The notes under the pieces are model-generated. The model ran no database searches. It saw nothing but the letters and a program-made list of their open reading frames with translations, and was not told the origin of the DNA. Positions 54,695-62,781 of a stretch of DNA of 62,781 nucleotides are shown piece by piece; the first letter of the stretch is position 1; each line of letters begins with the position of its first letter. Source of the stretch: a virus (lineage: Duplodnaviria > Caudoviricetes); IMG/VR virus record IMGVR_UViG_3300020171_000437, positions 1 through 62,781 of that record. One strand, given 5' to 3'. The translations under genes were made by a program, and so were the position numbers.

Positions 54695-55157
54695 GTTGAA
54701 GTCGTGCCCGTTTTGTGGGGATAAAGATCCACTCGTCGAGGCAGACGAAGTTGACGACGGTATGTCCGTGGTGCGTTGTATCGGGGTCCGATGTGGAATC
54801 CGTGTCGGCTTTTTCATGTCTGAAGATGAAGCTATCACCGCCTGGAACACCCGCGCCGATGAAGCCCAGGTCCGCAGAGAGACAATAGAGAAGTGTATCA
54901 CAATCATCTCGCAGAACACACCGATGGAAGGATGCTATGGGTGTGAAACTAATTTATACGAGAAGCTCCGCGCGCTCGCCCCCGACAGCGGCAAGGTGAT
55001 TGATGCAACAGTTTACTACCCTGGCAAATATGGGGCTCACAAGCCTGTAGAGGCCGCCGAAGAAAACGCCGAATTCTTAGCACATTTCAATGCTGCTTCA
55101 CCTCATTTGGTCAATGAGCTGAGAGAGGCGTTAGGTTTAATCAAGCTGCCAGAATAG
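54687..55157 (+). CDS. Lar (restriction alleviation)-like Zn-finger protein
   Basis: ELKSCPFCG...C...C...EAITAWNTR. Confidence 0.8.
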   Translation: MSELKSCPFCGDKDPLVEADEVDDGMSVVRCIGVRCGIRVGFFMSEDEAITAWNTRADEAQVRRETIEKCITIISQNTPMEGCYGCETNLYEKLRALAPDSGKVIDATVYYPGKYGAHKPVEAAEENAEFLAHFNAASPHLVNELREALGLIKLPE

Positions 55158-55163
55158 TGGATC

Positions 55164-55550
55164 ATGCCGGCACTGAACTACCAACAATGGAAGGCTGAGA
55201 AGGTCAAGTCTGGCGAGTGCGTGCAGACGATCCGGGCGCAGCGCAAGCGTCCATTTCAAGTTGGGGATCGATTGTACCACTACACCGGGATGAGGACGAA
55301 GGAGTGCAGGAAGCTACTCGAAAACGAGTGTCTCCAGGCACTAGACATCATGATCGACGGCGTTTGTGTGGTGATCGACCACGGAATTCCTTTGGATGCT
55401 GACCAACGGGAAATGCTGGCACAGGCTGACGGGTTCGCTTCTTACGACGACATGGAAGCATGGTTCGGTGAATCTCACGGGTTCCCGTTCAACGGACAAC
55501 TCATCCTGTGGGAGTTCACAAGTGAAGGAGGAGTGAAATGCCTGAGTTGA
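55164..55550 (+). CDS. ASCH/PUA-like protein
   Basis: SGE..QTIR, GDRL.HYTGMRT, LAQADGF. Confidence 0.7.
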   Translation: MPALNYQQWKAEKVKSGECVQTIRAQRKRPFQVGDRLYHYTGMRTKECRKLLENECLQALDIMIDGVCVVIDHGIPLDADQREMLAQADGFASYDDMEAWFGESHGFPFNGQLILWEFTSEGGVKCLS

Positions 55551-55855
55551 AACCATGCCCGTTCTGCGATGCCGATTCATACTCTATCCGAGTTGAGACG
55601 TTCGGCATCAAGAACCAGCTACATCGGGCTGGGTGCGGGTCTTGCCTTGCTGAGGGGCCGCTATGTGAGAGCGAAGAAAAGGCGATTATTGCCTGGAACG
55701 TCCGTCCTGACGAAGCCCGTGTTCGCCGTGAGACAATCAAGGAGTGTGCCTCAGTATTGACAGAGAGCGCGAACCCCTTCACGGGAATAAATGCTTCTGT
55801 TGTCGGGGCGTTATATGCAGCGGCGAGAGAGTTGCTTGATATGATTGAGGTGTGA
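55538..55855 (+). CDS. Second Lar-like protein
   Basis: ELKPCPFC...CGSC.AEGP...AIIAWN.R. Confidence 0.8.
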   Translation: MPELKPCPFCDADSYSIRVETFGIKNQLHRAGCGSCLAEGPLCESEEKAIIAWNVRPDEARVRRETIKECASVLTESANPFTGINASVVGALYAAARELLDMIEV

Positions 55856-55868
55856 AGATGAATCTCTC

Positions 55869-55980
55869 TTCACAACAAGACATGATTGTGCTATAATCTT
55901 TGCGTTGCCCTAGTTGTCCTATTGGCGACCTCCTTTTCAGTCCGACGACCGCCCCATGACAAGAGGGGCGGTTGTCTTTA
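55869..55980 (+). ncRNA. Candidate ~77-nt sRNA with its own promoter and terminator
   Basis: TTCACA-17-TGcTATAAT; hairpin; ACCTCCTTT; GACGACCGCCCC/GGGGCGGTTGTC-TTT. Confidence 0.55.
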
Positions 55981-56056
55981 TGGGTCCAGAAATCTGTTAG
56001 TAATCGCATTTCTTCAATTCCAGTCTATATCCGGAGTGTATATTTCTAAATGCCCC

Positions 56057-56085
56057 TTGTATTCCCCCACGTCATTCGCTATACT
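56057..56085 (+). promoter_or_regulatory. Sigma70-like promoter
   Basis: TTGTAT-17-TATACT. Confidence 0.7.
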
Positions 56086-56109
56086 ATTACAACTATGAAG
56101 GAGGAACGG

Positions 56110-56277
56110 ATGGAAAGACCAGGAAAGACGGTCGTTCGGTCATTCTCGATCCCTGTTGGGCTGTCAATAAAGCTCGATGAGAGGGCCGAGAAGGAGCGGC
56201 GTCCAAGATCGTGGATTGTTGTTGCGGCGTTGGGGCAATATCTTGGCACAAGGAAGAGATTTGGGAGGATAAAGTGA
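56110..56277 (+). CDS. Ribbon-helix-helix regulator
   Basis: RSFSIP..L..KLDERAEKERRPRSWIV..AL.QYL. Confidence 0.75.
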   Translation: MERPGKTVVRSFSIPVGLSIKLDERAEKERRPRSWIVVAALGQYLGTRKRFGRIK

Positions 56278-56492
56278 ATCCAGACCTGAAACAGGCAATC
56301 CTCGAATGCCTTACGTGGTATTACGATCAGATCTACGACGGCGGCATAGAGCCGTTCTGGGTGGACCAGATGATCGAACGGTACTGTGCAGACGATGGGA
56401 TCACAGATTTCCGTGATGCTCTAGATCACTTTGAAAACGAGATGGGCAAATACCGGCAAGAGATGAAGGGCCATAAGGAGGCCAAAGAATGA
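56274..56492 (+). CDS. Hypothetical protein
   Basis: GGAGG + GTG start. Confidence 0.5.
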   Translation: MNPDLKQAILECLTWYYDQIYDGGIEPFWVDQMIERYCADDGITDFRDALDHFENEMGKYRQEMKGHKEAKE

Positions 56493-56677
56493 ACGACAAG
56501 ACGCTAGATCTGGCGCTTGAAGAAGTTGAGCGGTTTCTCATAAAAGCTCATGTCTACAAGGAAGCCATCAAGGGGGCGAAATTTCCAGAGCTTGATTTTG
56601 GCAAACAACGATCTGCCATGAAGCGGTCCAGCATGGATCTATCTCGCGTGCTGGCCGATCTGAGACAAGGAAGATAA
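56489..56677 (+). CDS. Hypothetical protein
   Basis: AAGGAGG RBS; ATGA coupling. Confidence 0.6.
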   Translation: MNDKTLDLALEEVERFLIKAHVYKEAIKGAKFPELDFGKQRSAMKRSSMDLSRVLADLRQGR

Positions 56678-56687
56678 GGAGGCTGAA

Positions 56688-57089
56688 ATGGAATTTGCAG
56701 GCAAGATGTACTTGGTGTGTTTGGGACTGGCGGTGCTGATCTTTGCGATCTTCCCCGCACAGGACACGTACTACGTGTCGCCAGTGGAAATTATCGAACG
56801 ACCAATCGAGGTGCGCGAGATTCAGTCAGTTGAGACGCAGGTGGTTGTTGATGTTGATATTCGGCAGCAGACGCTGGCTAACACAGCATTGATTGCGGCG
56901 ATGCAAGCCACTGTCAATAAGTTATCCGTTAAGACCACAGCCATTGATGTGCAAATTGATGCAGCCAGAACGGGGATGGTATCGTGGCATGAACTCTTAG
57001 TGGCCGGGTATGTTGTCCTGGGCCTATTGGCCATGCTTCTCATTTACAAGATTGCAAAATGGAGGCGCAATGCCTTATCACGCCACTAA
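56688..57089 (+). CDS. Two-TM coiled-coil membrane protein
   Basis: N- and C-terminal hydrophobic helices. Confidence 0.6.
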   Translation: MEFAGKMYLVCLGLAVLIFAIFPAQDTYYVSPVEIIERPIEVREIQSVETQVVVDVDIRQQTLANTALIAAMQATVNKLSVKTTAIDVQIDAARTGMVSWHELLVAGYVVLGLLAMLLIYKIAKWRRNALSRH

Positions 57090-57432
57090 GGTCAATGAGT
57101 ACGTTGCCAACAGACAGGTTCTCATTCGGACCATCCCGCGAGGAGACCCGCTAGTTGTTATACGGGCAGACAACCAGGATTTACTCAGCATCGATCTGAA
57201 ACAGCTTGTAGAGGCAGCAGTGGAGATCGGTGCGATTGAGGCGGTCGTTCGAGAAGTCGAACCTGATTGTGTGGAAGAAATAGCAGAAGCAATCCGTGAC
57301 CACATGGCGGACCAGCCTGAGTCAATTGTGTGTTCTAGCTGCGGAGAAGACCTTAACTACGATGCTGTACTGCACTATAGGGGCAGCCTAGACATCAAGG
57401 TTGATCCATGTAGCTGTGTGAAGGAGGACTAA
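57070..57432 (+). CDS. Hypothetical Zn-binding protein
   Basis: CSSCG...PCSC; GGAGG RBS. Confidence 0.55.
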   Translation: MPYHATKVNEYVANRQVLIRTIPRGDPLVVIRADNQDLLSIDLKQLVEAAVEIGAIEAVVREVEPDCVEEIAEAIRDHMADQPESIVCSSCGEDLNYDAVLHYRGSLDIKVDPCSCVKED

Positions 57433-57607
57433 TGAACAACGCAAGGAAGCTGACGCTACTGGAGAAGGCGATCGATCTGATGGCTGCGGAGATTGTTCGG
57501 GGAGAGGGCAAGGGCACTGAATTCCAAGCTACGGTGAAGCGAGAGTTATTGATGGACCTCTGCCAGTGGCGCATCAACCTGAACAGCTCACCAGATCAGG
57601 AGGACTA

Positions 57608-57895
57608 ATGACACCAGCGGCCCTAAAAGCAGAACTGTCAGCGTTGATGGCGAAGGCCGTCATGAGCTTCCCTTTCCCAGGAGAGGGACCTGCGTTGGAT
57701 ATGCTGGTTGAACACGCGGCACGACTGCCAATAGGCCAACAAATGATGGCGAGGATGTTGTTCGATCAAGGGATGCAGGAATGGCATCAATCATTGATGA
57801 AGGTGGCAACTGGATACGGGACGCTTGGAATCGAGTTTGAGTTGGTGCCGATTGAACAATCAACGTTCTTGGATAAGTTGTTCTCTTCCGAATGA
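57608..57895 (+). CDS. Hypothetical protein
   Basis: AGGAGG RBS. Confidence 0.55.
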   Translation: MTPAALKAELSALMAKAVMSFPFPGEGPALDMLVEHAARLPIGQQMMARMLFDQGMQEWHQSLMKVATGYGTLGIEFELVPIEQSTFLDKLFSSE

Positions 57896-57896
57896 C

Positions 57897-58010
57897 TTAA
57901 CATTTTTGCCGATTCGTGATATGATGTTGTTCCTCGTATCCTCTTTGAGACGAGCAAGACGTCCAGAATCTACCTGTTCCCTCCAGGCAAACAGGCTGGG
58001 CGTCTTCTCA
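57897..58010 (+). ncRNA. Candidate ~80-nt sRNA with its own promoter
   Basis: TTAACA-17-TGaTATGAT; CTCGT/ACGAG hairpin; AAGACGTCCAG/CTGGGCGTCTT hairpin. Confidence 0.45.
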
Positions 58011-58042
58011 TTGGATGACAAGATGCAGTCCCTGTCGCAAAG

Positions 58043-58071
58043 TTGACTATGTATACACATTGTGGTATAGT
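58043..58071 (+). promoter_or_regulatory. Sigma70-like promoter with GTATAC motif in spacer
   Basis: TTGACT-17-TGgTATAGT. Confidence 0.8.
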
Positions 58072-58085
58072 GACCAGAAAGGAGT

Positions 58086-58526
58086 GTGAACATGAAACTG
58101 CGCTACACAAGTTACCTCTTCAAGGAGCATGTCGATGCTCTCAAGGCAATGGCCGAGAAGACTCAGATGCCGGTTAGCTCGTTGATCGGGCTTGCCCTAG
58201 ATGGATTCTTGCATCCTCTTGGGTGGATCAATGTCAAGTACGAGGCCCCATACGAGCAGTTGTTTCTCATGAAGAACCAAGGAGCGGCGTCAGACATCCG
58301 ATATGTCGGGGCGTCAGGTTCGGCCACAATCGTCCCTATAGGCAAGGCGTTTGCTGTCAAGATCACACTGCATGGCAAGACAACGAAACTTTGTCCGCTG
58401 GCGGAAGGCGTTCGGTGTGTGAACATCAAGAGCGTTGTTGCGGAGGGGATTACGATTGGAATGGGGGCCTCGAAGGCGTGTGAGAACGAGCAGTTCTTGG
58501 CGTGGGAGGAGCATGATGAACAATAA
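58086..58526 (+). CDS. Protein with N-terminal RHH
   Basis: YTSYL...DALKAMAEKTQMPVSSLI..ALD.FL. Confidence 0.65.
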   Translation: MNMKLRYTSYLFKEHVDALKAMAEKTQMPVSSLIGLALDGFLHPLGWINVKYEAPYEQLFLMKNQGAASDIRYVGASGSATIVPIGKAFAVKITLHGKTTKLCPLAEGVRCVNIKSVVAEGITIGMGASKACENEQFLAWEEHDEQ

Positions 58527-58725
58527 GATCAGAGAAGTAATGGAAAACTCTGAACAAGCGGTTGGTGCGATGATTCTTGCAGTTGAGGAGGTCGATTACG
58601 ATGATGACAATTCAGCGGAGTGGATGGCATACGAGATCGCAATCCACACCGATCGTGGCATTCTGCGAATTACTGGATGCCATGATTTGGGGCCGGACTT
58701 GAAGTGGGAGGAAGCAAATGTTTGA
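58513..58725 (+). CDS. Small acidic hypothetical protein
   Basis: GGAGGAG RBS. Confidence 0.5.
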   Translation: MMNNKIREVMENSEQAVGAMILAVEEVDYDDDNSAEWMAYEIAIHTDRGILRITGCHDLGPDLKWEEANV

Positions 58726-59512
58726 GTCGCTGAGATCGAAACTGAAACTGGAATGTCCGATTGTATTCCTAGATCTGGAAACGACGGGCACTGATGTTGC
58801 AAATGACCGAATCGTTGAACTTGCATATCTTGAAATCCGGCCTCATGCAGTTGGCGAACTCGGATTCTTAAAGGAAGAGTACAAGATCAATCCAGGCATC
58901 CCAATCCCCGTGAGTTCTACTGCCATTCACGGGATCACGGACGCAGATGTGGCCGACTGTCCAACATTCCAATACATTTCTGCAGAGATTCATGACGTAT
59001 TGAAGGGCAGTGTCCTTTGCGGCCACAACATCAACGGATTCGACATCCCGATGTTGGCGAATGAATTTGAACGTGCTGGATCAGTGATGCCTCCGTATGA
59101 CTGCTCTGTCGATACATACGAGATCTTCAGATCATACTTCAATCACTCGTTGGAGGCTGCCCATCGTGTCTACTTAGGATTTGAGATGGAAGGGAATCAT
59201 CGGGCGCTGGCAGACGTATACGCAACGGCCAATGTCTTTGAACGGATGATCACGCTTCACAAGCTCAATCCAAATCCGTCTATCCTTGGTGCTACACCGA
59301 TCGACCCAACATGGATTGACCGTGGTGGCAAGTTCAGATGGAAAGACGGCGAAGCGGTGTTTACGTTTGGGAAGGTAGCCGGTCGTTCTCTCCGGGATGT
59401 TACCAAGAAAGATGAGGGGTTCTTGAGATGGATGCTCGGCAAGAACTTCAGCGATGAAGTCAAAGACATTGTTTGCGATGCACTGAAAGGAAACTTCCAT
59501 GACAAAGTGTAA
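58718..59512 (+). CDS. DnaQ/epsilon-like DEDDh 3'-5' exonuclease
   Basis: FLDLETTG, GHNI.GFD, HRALADV, FGK..G. Confidence 0.93.
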   Translation: MFESLRSKLKLECPIVFLDLETTGTDVANDRIVELAYLEIRPHAVGELGFLKEEYKINPGIPIPVSSTAIHGITDADVADCPTFQYISAEIHDVLKGSVLCGHNINGFDIPMLANEFERAGSVMPPYDCSVDTYEIFRSYFNHSLEAAHRVYLGFEMEGNHRALADVYATANVFERMITLHKLNPNPSILGATPIDPTWIDRGGKFRWKDGEAVFTFGKVAGRSLRDVTKKDEGFLRWMLGKNFSDEVKDIVCDALKGNFHDKV

Positions 59513-59676
59513 TGTGCCTCAAGAATACTGGATTAAGCCATTCAAGTTTGAGACTGAAAACAGCCAGATTCCATCCTCGCATCACGTTTCGATGTCAAAA
59601 TGGGGAAATCCTGCAAGGGCGGTACGCGGGAACAAGGGCCACGGCAAGAGCCTCAACACAAGGAAAAGGAGGGAGA

Positions 59677-60237
59677 ATGCCGATCAAATGCCTGGTTGAT
59701 CTCGTAACTGCCATTGATGACACCCCGGCTCCGCCATTATCAGATGAAGAACTTGCCAGCTGGGTGAATAAGTGGCGCAAGAAAGAAACCGCGCTTTACG
59801 AAAACCATGACGAAGGGGAACGATGTGCAAATCTGAACATCAACGCACAACTAATTGCCTGCATCGTCGAATTGATCCCAATTCGGAAAGAAAGTAGACA
59901 ATTAGGGCATCCACGGCAGGCATATCCAGGCAGGCGGCACAAGTTGGGGCGATGTAATCAAGCAAAGGATCATGCCCTATCCATTGGCGTCTCTTCTGTC
60001 GAGAAATGGGGACTGCGTAAATTTGCCTCATGCGATGCCTCTCCTGGCAAGGAAGGGCTTCTTATCGTATTCAGAGAGGACGGGGGAGGAGAACACGCCG
60101 TTAATCTTGGGAAACGACCGCCATATTATATCTGGTTCAAGCGCAAAATGGATGCAATGGAATATGGAGATGGTAACTACATGTTGTTGCCTGTTGATGT
60201 AGCTTCCGGTAGCTTTATATTGACACCAAGAGACTAA
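59677..60237 (+). CDS. Hypothetical protein
   Basis: AGGAGGGAG RBS before MPIKC. Confidence 0.5.
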   Translation: MPIKCLVDLVTAIDDTPAPPLSDEELASWVNKWRKKETALYENHDEGERCANLNINAQLIACIVELIPIRKESRQLGHPRQAYPGRRHKLGRCNQAKDHALSIGVSSVEKWGLRKFASCDASPGKEGLLIVFREDGGGEHAVNLGKRPPYYIWFKRKMDAMEYGDGNYMLLPVDVASGSFILTPRD

Positions 60238-60249
60238 ATACTAGGCTAC

Positions 60250-60278
60250 TTGCCATTATCGGGACAATCTGCTATTCT
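60250..60278 (+). promoter_or_regulatory. Sigma70-like promoter
   Basis: TTGCCA-17-TGcTATTCT. Confidence 0.7.
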
Positions 60279-60286
60279 GTGGGCGG

Positions 60287-60670
60287 GTGATAGTGATGGC
60301 ATTCGATGTGGTTAAGAAGAGAATTATCTCGAAGAATCCACAGATTCAAATCTACACGCGGGGGACGATCCATTTCAACATCGTGGCAATGAATATGATG
60401 GCAGGATGGCGGCATGTCCTCTTGTTATTTGACAAAGAAACTCGTAGGCTGCGGATGGTCCGTGATGTCTCTTTAGAAGACGAACGAGGGCGGCATTCAC
60501 GCAATGTTATAAAGAGCGGAAAGACGATCTGTATAATGGCAGCAAGGCTTTTGCGTGACTTTAATGTTGTCGAGCAGCACGACGTTCAATGTACTGACCA
60601 TGGGCTGAACTTCATCGAGTTTGGTCCGATTCGGTTGAAGGGAGATCCAGATGGCCCAAGTGATAGCTAA
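60287..60670 (+). CDS. Hypothetical protein
   Basis: Follows promoter. Confidence 0.55.
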   Translation: MIVMAFDVVKKRIISKNPQIQIYTRGTIHFNIVAMNMMAGWRHVLLLFDKETRRLRMVRDVSLEDERGRHSRNVIKSGKTICIMAARLLRDFNVVEQHDVQCTDHGLNFIEFGPIRLKGDPDGPSDS

Positions 60671-60872
60671 CATTGCCGTTGGTTGGTCTGTTGTAGTGGC
60701 GCTACTTGGCCTAAGCGGGAGCGTATTCGTGTTTGTCTACACGCAGCGCATGACTCCGCAACTGCTGAGAGAACAGTCCAGGACAACGTTGATGATAAGA
60801 AAAGTTGGCATCGGAGCCGTGGTCGCAAGTTTCATCGTTCTTTGCATCGTGGTTGGCAGCGCAATTCTGTAA
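60651..60872 (+). CDS. Two-TM membrane protein
   Basis: Two hydrophobic helices. Confidence 0.6.
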   Translation: MAQVIANIAVGWSVVVALLGLSGSVFVFVYTQRMTPQLLREQSRTTLMIRKVGIGAVVASFIVLCIVVGSAIL

Positions 60873-60881
60873 GGAGATCTG

Positions 60882-61289
60882 ATGGCAAAAGAGATGACGG
60901 AAGTTCAACGTAAGGCCCATCATCAGGGAGCCGTCGAGGCGACAAAGGCTTTCTTTGAGGCGCTGCAAAAGAATGAAGACTGGAGACCGTTCGCACAAAA
61001 GCATTATGCCAAGTGGGATCTGGCAGCACGCCCTCTCATCATGGCATTCGATGGATTCGAGGTGCAATATGCTGGCAAGGGCAAGGGCATGAACCACGAC
61101 GTTGGTGTGTCTGTCTGTGTTAGCCTGCGGGTGGCACAGATTGGCGGATCATTGTCACAACGGCGGATGGTCGGACGCATTGCCGTGTGGTGTGAAGAGG
61201 GGCCAATGAAGCCATCTGTCAATGGGACATGGGGAGTGGCCCCCCAATCGTTCCAGGTGAATGAAGGGATGGACAATCTTGACGTATGA
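60882..61289 (+). CDS. Hypothetical protein
   Basis: AAGGAG RBS. Confidence 0.6.
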   Translation: MAKEMTEVQRKAHHQGAVEATKAFFEALQKNEDWRPFAQKHYAKWDLAARPLIMAFDGFEVQYAGKGKGMNHDVGVSVCVSLRVAQIGGSLSQRRMVGRIAVWCEEGPMKPSVNGTWGVAPQSFQVNEGMDNLDV

Positions 61290-61487
61290 AATGATGGTTA
61301 AGTCTACTCTTGAGACTATAGAGCACTTTCTCATGTCTGGCGCAACTGGGGCATTAACAGTGGACGTTAAGCCAATGACAGACATTACGATAAAGGTGAG
61401 CGGAATCGTAATTGCTAAAAACGGCTTACCGCAGCACTGCATAGTTCCAAGTGTAGGATATTCAAGGGACTAGAGTGAGGGATCACA

Positions 61488-62081
61488 GTGCCTTATAAGA
61501 ATCGTGAAGATCAACGCGCATGGGCTGCAGCCTATTATGCCACTAACCGCAAGAAGATACGAGCCAGTCAAGCAGTGTATGAAGCATCGCGCAAGGAAGA
61601 GAAAGCGACCTATGATGTAGCCTACGCTGCCGCACATAAAGATCAGAGGATGGCTTATCGTGCCGAGAACTCCGAGAAGTTCCGCGCCTACGCTGTCGCC
61701 TATCGAGCGGCTAATTCTGAGAAGGTACTAGCCAGTCAAGCAGCCTACCGTTCATCTCATAAGGACGAGAAGGAAGCATACCGGTCCGCACATAGACCAG
61801 AACAGGCAGCGGGCTGCGCTATACGCAGGGCTAAGATACGCGGCTCGACCATCGGTGATCATGCAGAGATCGCGGAGATTTACAGGAAGTCCTCTGAAGA
61901 ACCGAACATCCGGTGCTACATCTGTAACAAGTTGATCCCTTTCGGCGAGCGCCATGTGGATCATATCATGCCTTTGGCTCAAAATGGACAGCATCGGCCA
62001 TCTAATTTGGCCGTCGCGTGCAGCCACTGCAATCTCATCAAGAGCGCAAAACATCCCAACGAACTAGGGATTCTGATATGA
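61488..62081 (+). CDS. HNH endonuclease with Ala/Tyr/Arg helical repeats
   Basis: CYIC...HVDHIMPL...G.H...NL..AC..CNL.K. Confidence 0.92.
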   Translation: MPYKNREDQRAWAAAYYATNRKKIRASQAVYEASRKEEKATYDVAYAAAHKDQRMAYRAENSEKFRAYAVAYRAANSEKVLASQAAYRSSHKDEKEAYRSAHRPEQAAGCAIRRAKIRGSTIGDHAEIAEIYRKSSEEPNIRCYICNKLIPFGERHVDHIMPLAQNGQHRPSNLAVACSHCNLIKSAKHPNELGILI

Positions 62082-62083
62082 GT

Positions 62084-62178
62084 TTGTAAATTGGATAGAT
62101 TCGTGCTAAACTACTGGTAGATAAGGAAGAACGGCTATAAGAAGCCGCCCTTTGCCTTTTGGCGAAGGGCGTTTACTT
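62084..62178 (+). promoter_or_regulatory. Probable late promoter followed by a leader terminator
   Basis: TTGTAA-17-TGcTAAACT; hairpin CGCCCTTTGCC-TTTT-GGCGAAGGGCG-TTT at 62146-62174. Confidence 0.65.
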
Positions 62179-62190
62179 TGTGGAGGCGTG

Positions 62191-62490
62191 ATGGCCCTAA
62201 GAGACCAAGAATTAGTTGTTGGTGAAGCACGGATTATAGGCCTCAAGCTGACACGGACGATTGGAGAGAGCAAAACAGAGATCACTCCCGATTCGGCAAC
62301 CATTGCAGCCGTCGATGCTGAGGCCGTTGTAGTCATTACAGAAAAGGCAGCATCAATTTCAGGCACTGGTGTCTATTCTCTGATCTCTGTAGCGGACATC
62401 ACAAAAGCAGCCGGAGTGTTTACAGTTACCTGGAAAGTAACCTACGGCACTGAAATCATCATCGAGACACAGACCATTACGGTGACATGA
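62191..62490 (+). CDS. First late-operon gene, small beta-rich putative virion protein
   Basis: GGAGG RBS; AGVFTVTWKV pattern. Confidence 0.7.
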   Translation: MALRDQELVVGEARIIGLKLTRTIGESKTEITPDSATIAAVDAEAVVVITEKAASISGTGVYSLISVADITKAAGVFTVTWKVTYGTEIIIETQTITVT

Positions 62491-62781
62491 ACTACATAGC
62501 GACAGATTTATATCCGAACTTTACCATCTTTGATGCCTCCTCTCTGTTTGTCGCGACTGACACTACTGCTGAATTTGATGGATTTGCATTCTGGTATGAG
62601 ATCGACACCCATGTCCATAGTGCAGTGATCCCAATTGGCGCAATTAACGGAGTGAATACAACGTATTCGATTACTGCCGACCAGCTTGAGGTAATGATCA
62701 ACGGCCTGCACGTGACGTTCACGAAGACAGTAGGCGGGTTCACTCTTGATGAGGCCCCGACTGCTGGAGACATCTTGTGGT
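62204..62781. repeat. Right copy of imperfect terminal direct repeat
   Basis: 578 bp versus 551 bp, a 27-nt insertion. Confidence 0.97.
62487..62781 (+). CDS. Variant allele of 284-571, truncated by window end
   Basis: MNYIATDLYPNFT-IFDASSLFV-ATDTTAEFDGFAFWYEIDTH...; frame intact. Confidence 0.8.
   Translation, partial: MNYIATDLYPNFTIFDASSLFVATDTTAEFDGFAFWYEIDTHVHSAVIPIGAINGVNTTYSITADQLEVMINGLHVTFTKTVGGFTLDEAPTAGDILW

Noticed and set aside
1-62781. tRNA genes, group I/II introns, alternative genetic code
   Set aside because: No cloverleaf/T-loop or intron signatures noticed by eye; core genes are uninterrupted in the standard code. tRNAscan-SE and cmscan would be needed to exclude them formally

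Overview
The window is an essentially complete genome of a tailed dsDNA phage (HK97-fold head, long non-contractile tail), about 62.2 kb per unit. Positions 1-551 recur at 62204-62781 as an imperfect direct repeat, so it is probably a circular or circularly permuted assembly. A late operon starts near 62084 and wraps into position 1. It opens with a WbpD/WbpE/WbpB-type nucleotide-sugar pathway, a GT4 glycosyltransferase and Ser/Thr-rich fibre-like genes, in the slot where terminase genes usually sit. Then come the portal, a signal-peptide-bearing Thr-rich repeat protein, protease, capsid, neck, two paralogous tail-tube genes, a -1 frameshifting tail chaperone, an intein-containing tape measure, tail tip/fibre genes, and a membrane/lipoprotein/beta-barrel cluster with no recognisable endolysin. 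A GpA-type large terminase lies at 34.3-36.1 kb. A minus-strand replication/recombination block (36.6-46 kb) carries an initiator with iterons, a DnaC-like loader, a Cas4-like nuclease, an annealing protein and a ThyX-like gene. The 46-62 kb early region has many sigma70-like promoters, several RHH regulators, a type II hammerhead ribozyme, candidate anti-Shine-Dalgarno small RNAs and a mirror-symmetric, palindrome-flanked cassette around the probable small terminase. I saw no integrase, CI-type repressor, DNA polymerase, tRNA or CRISPR array. All calls come from motif recognition by eye; no searches were run.
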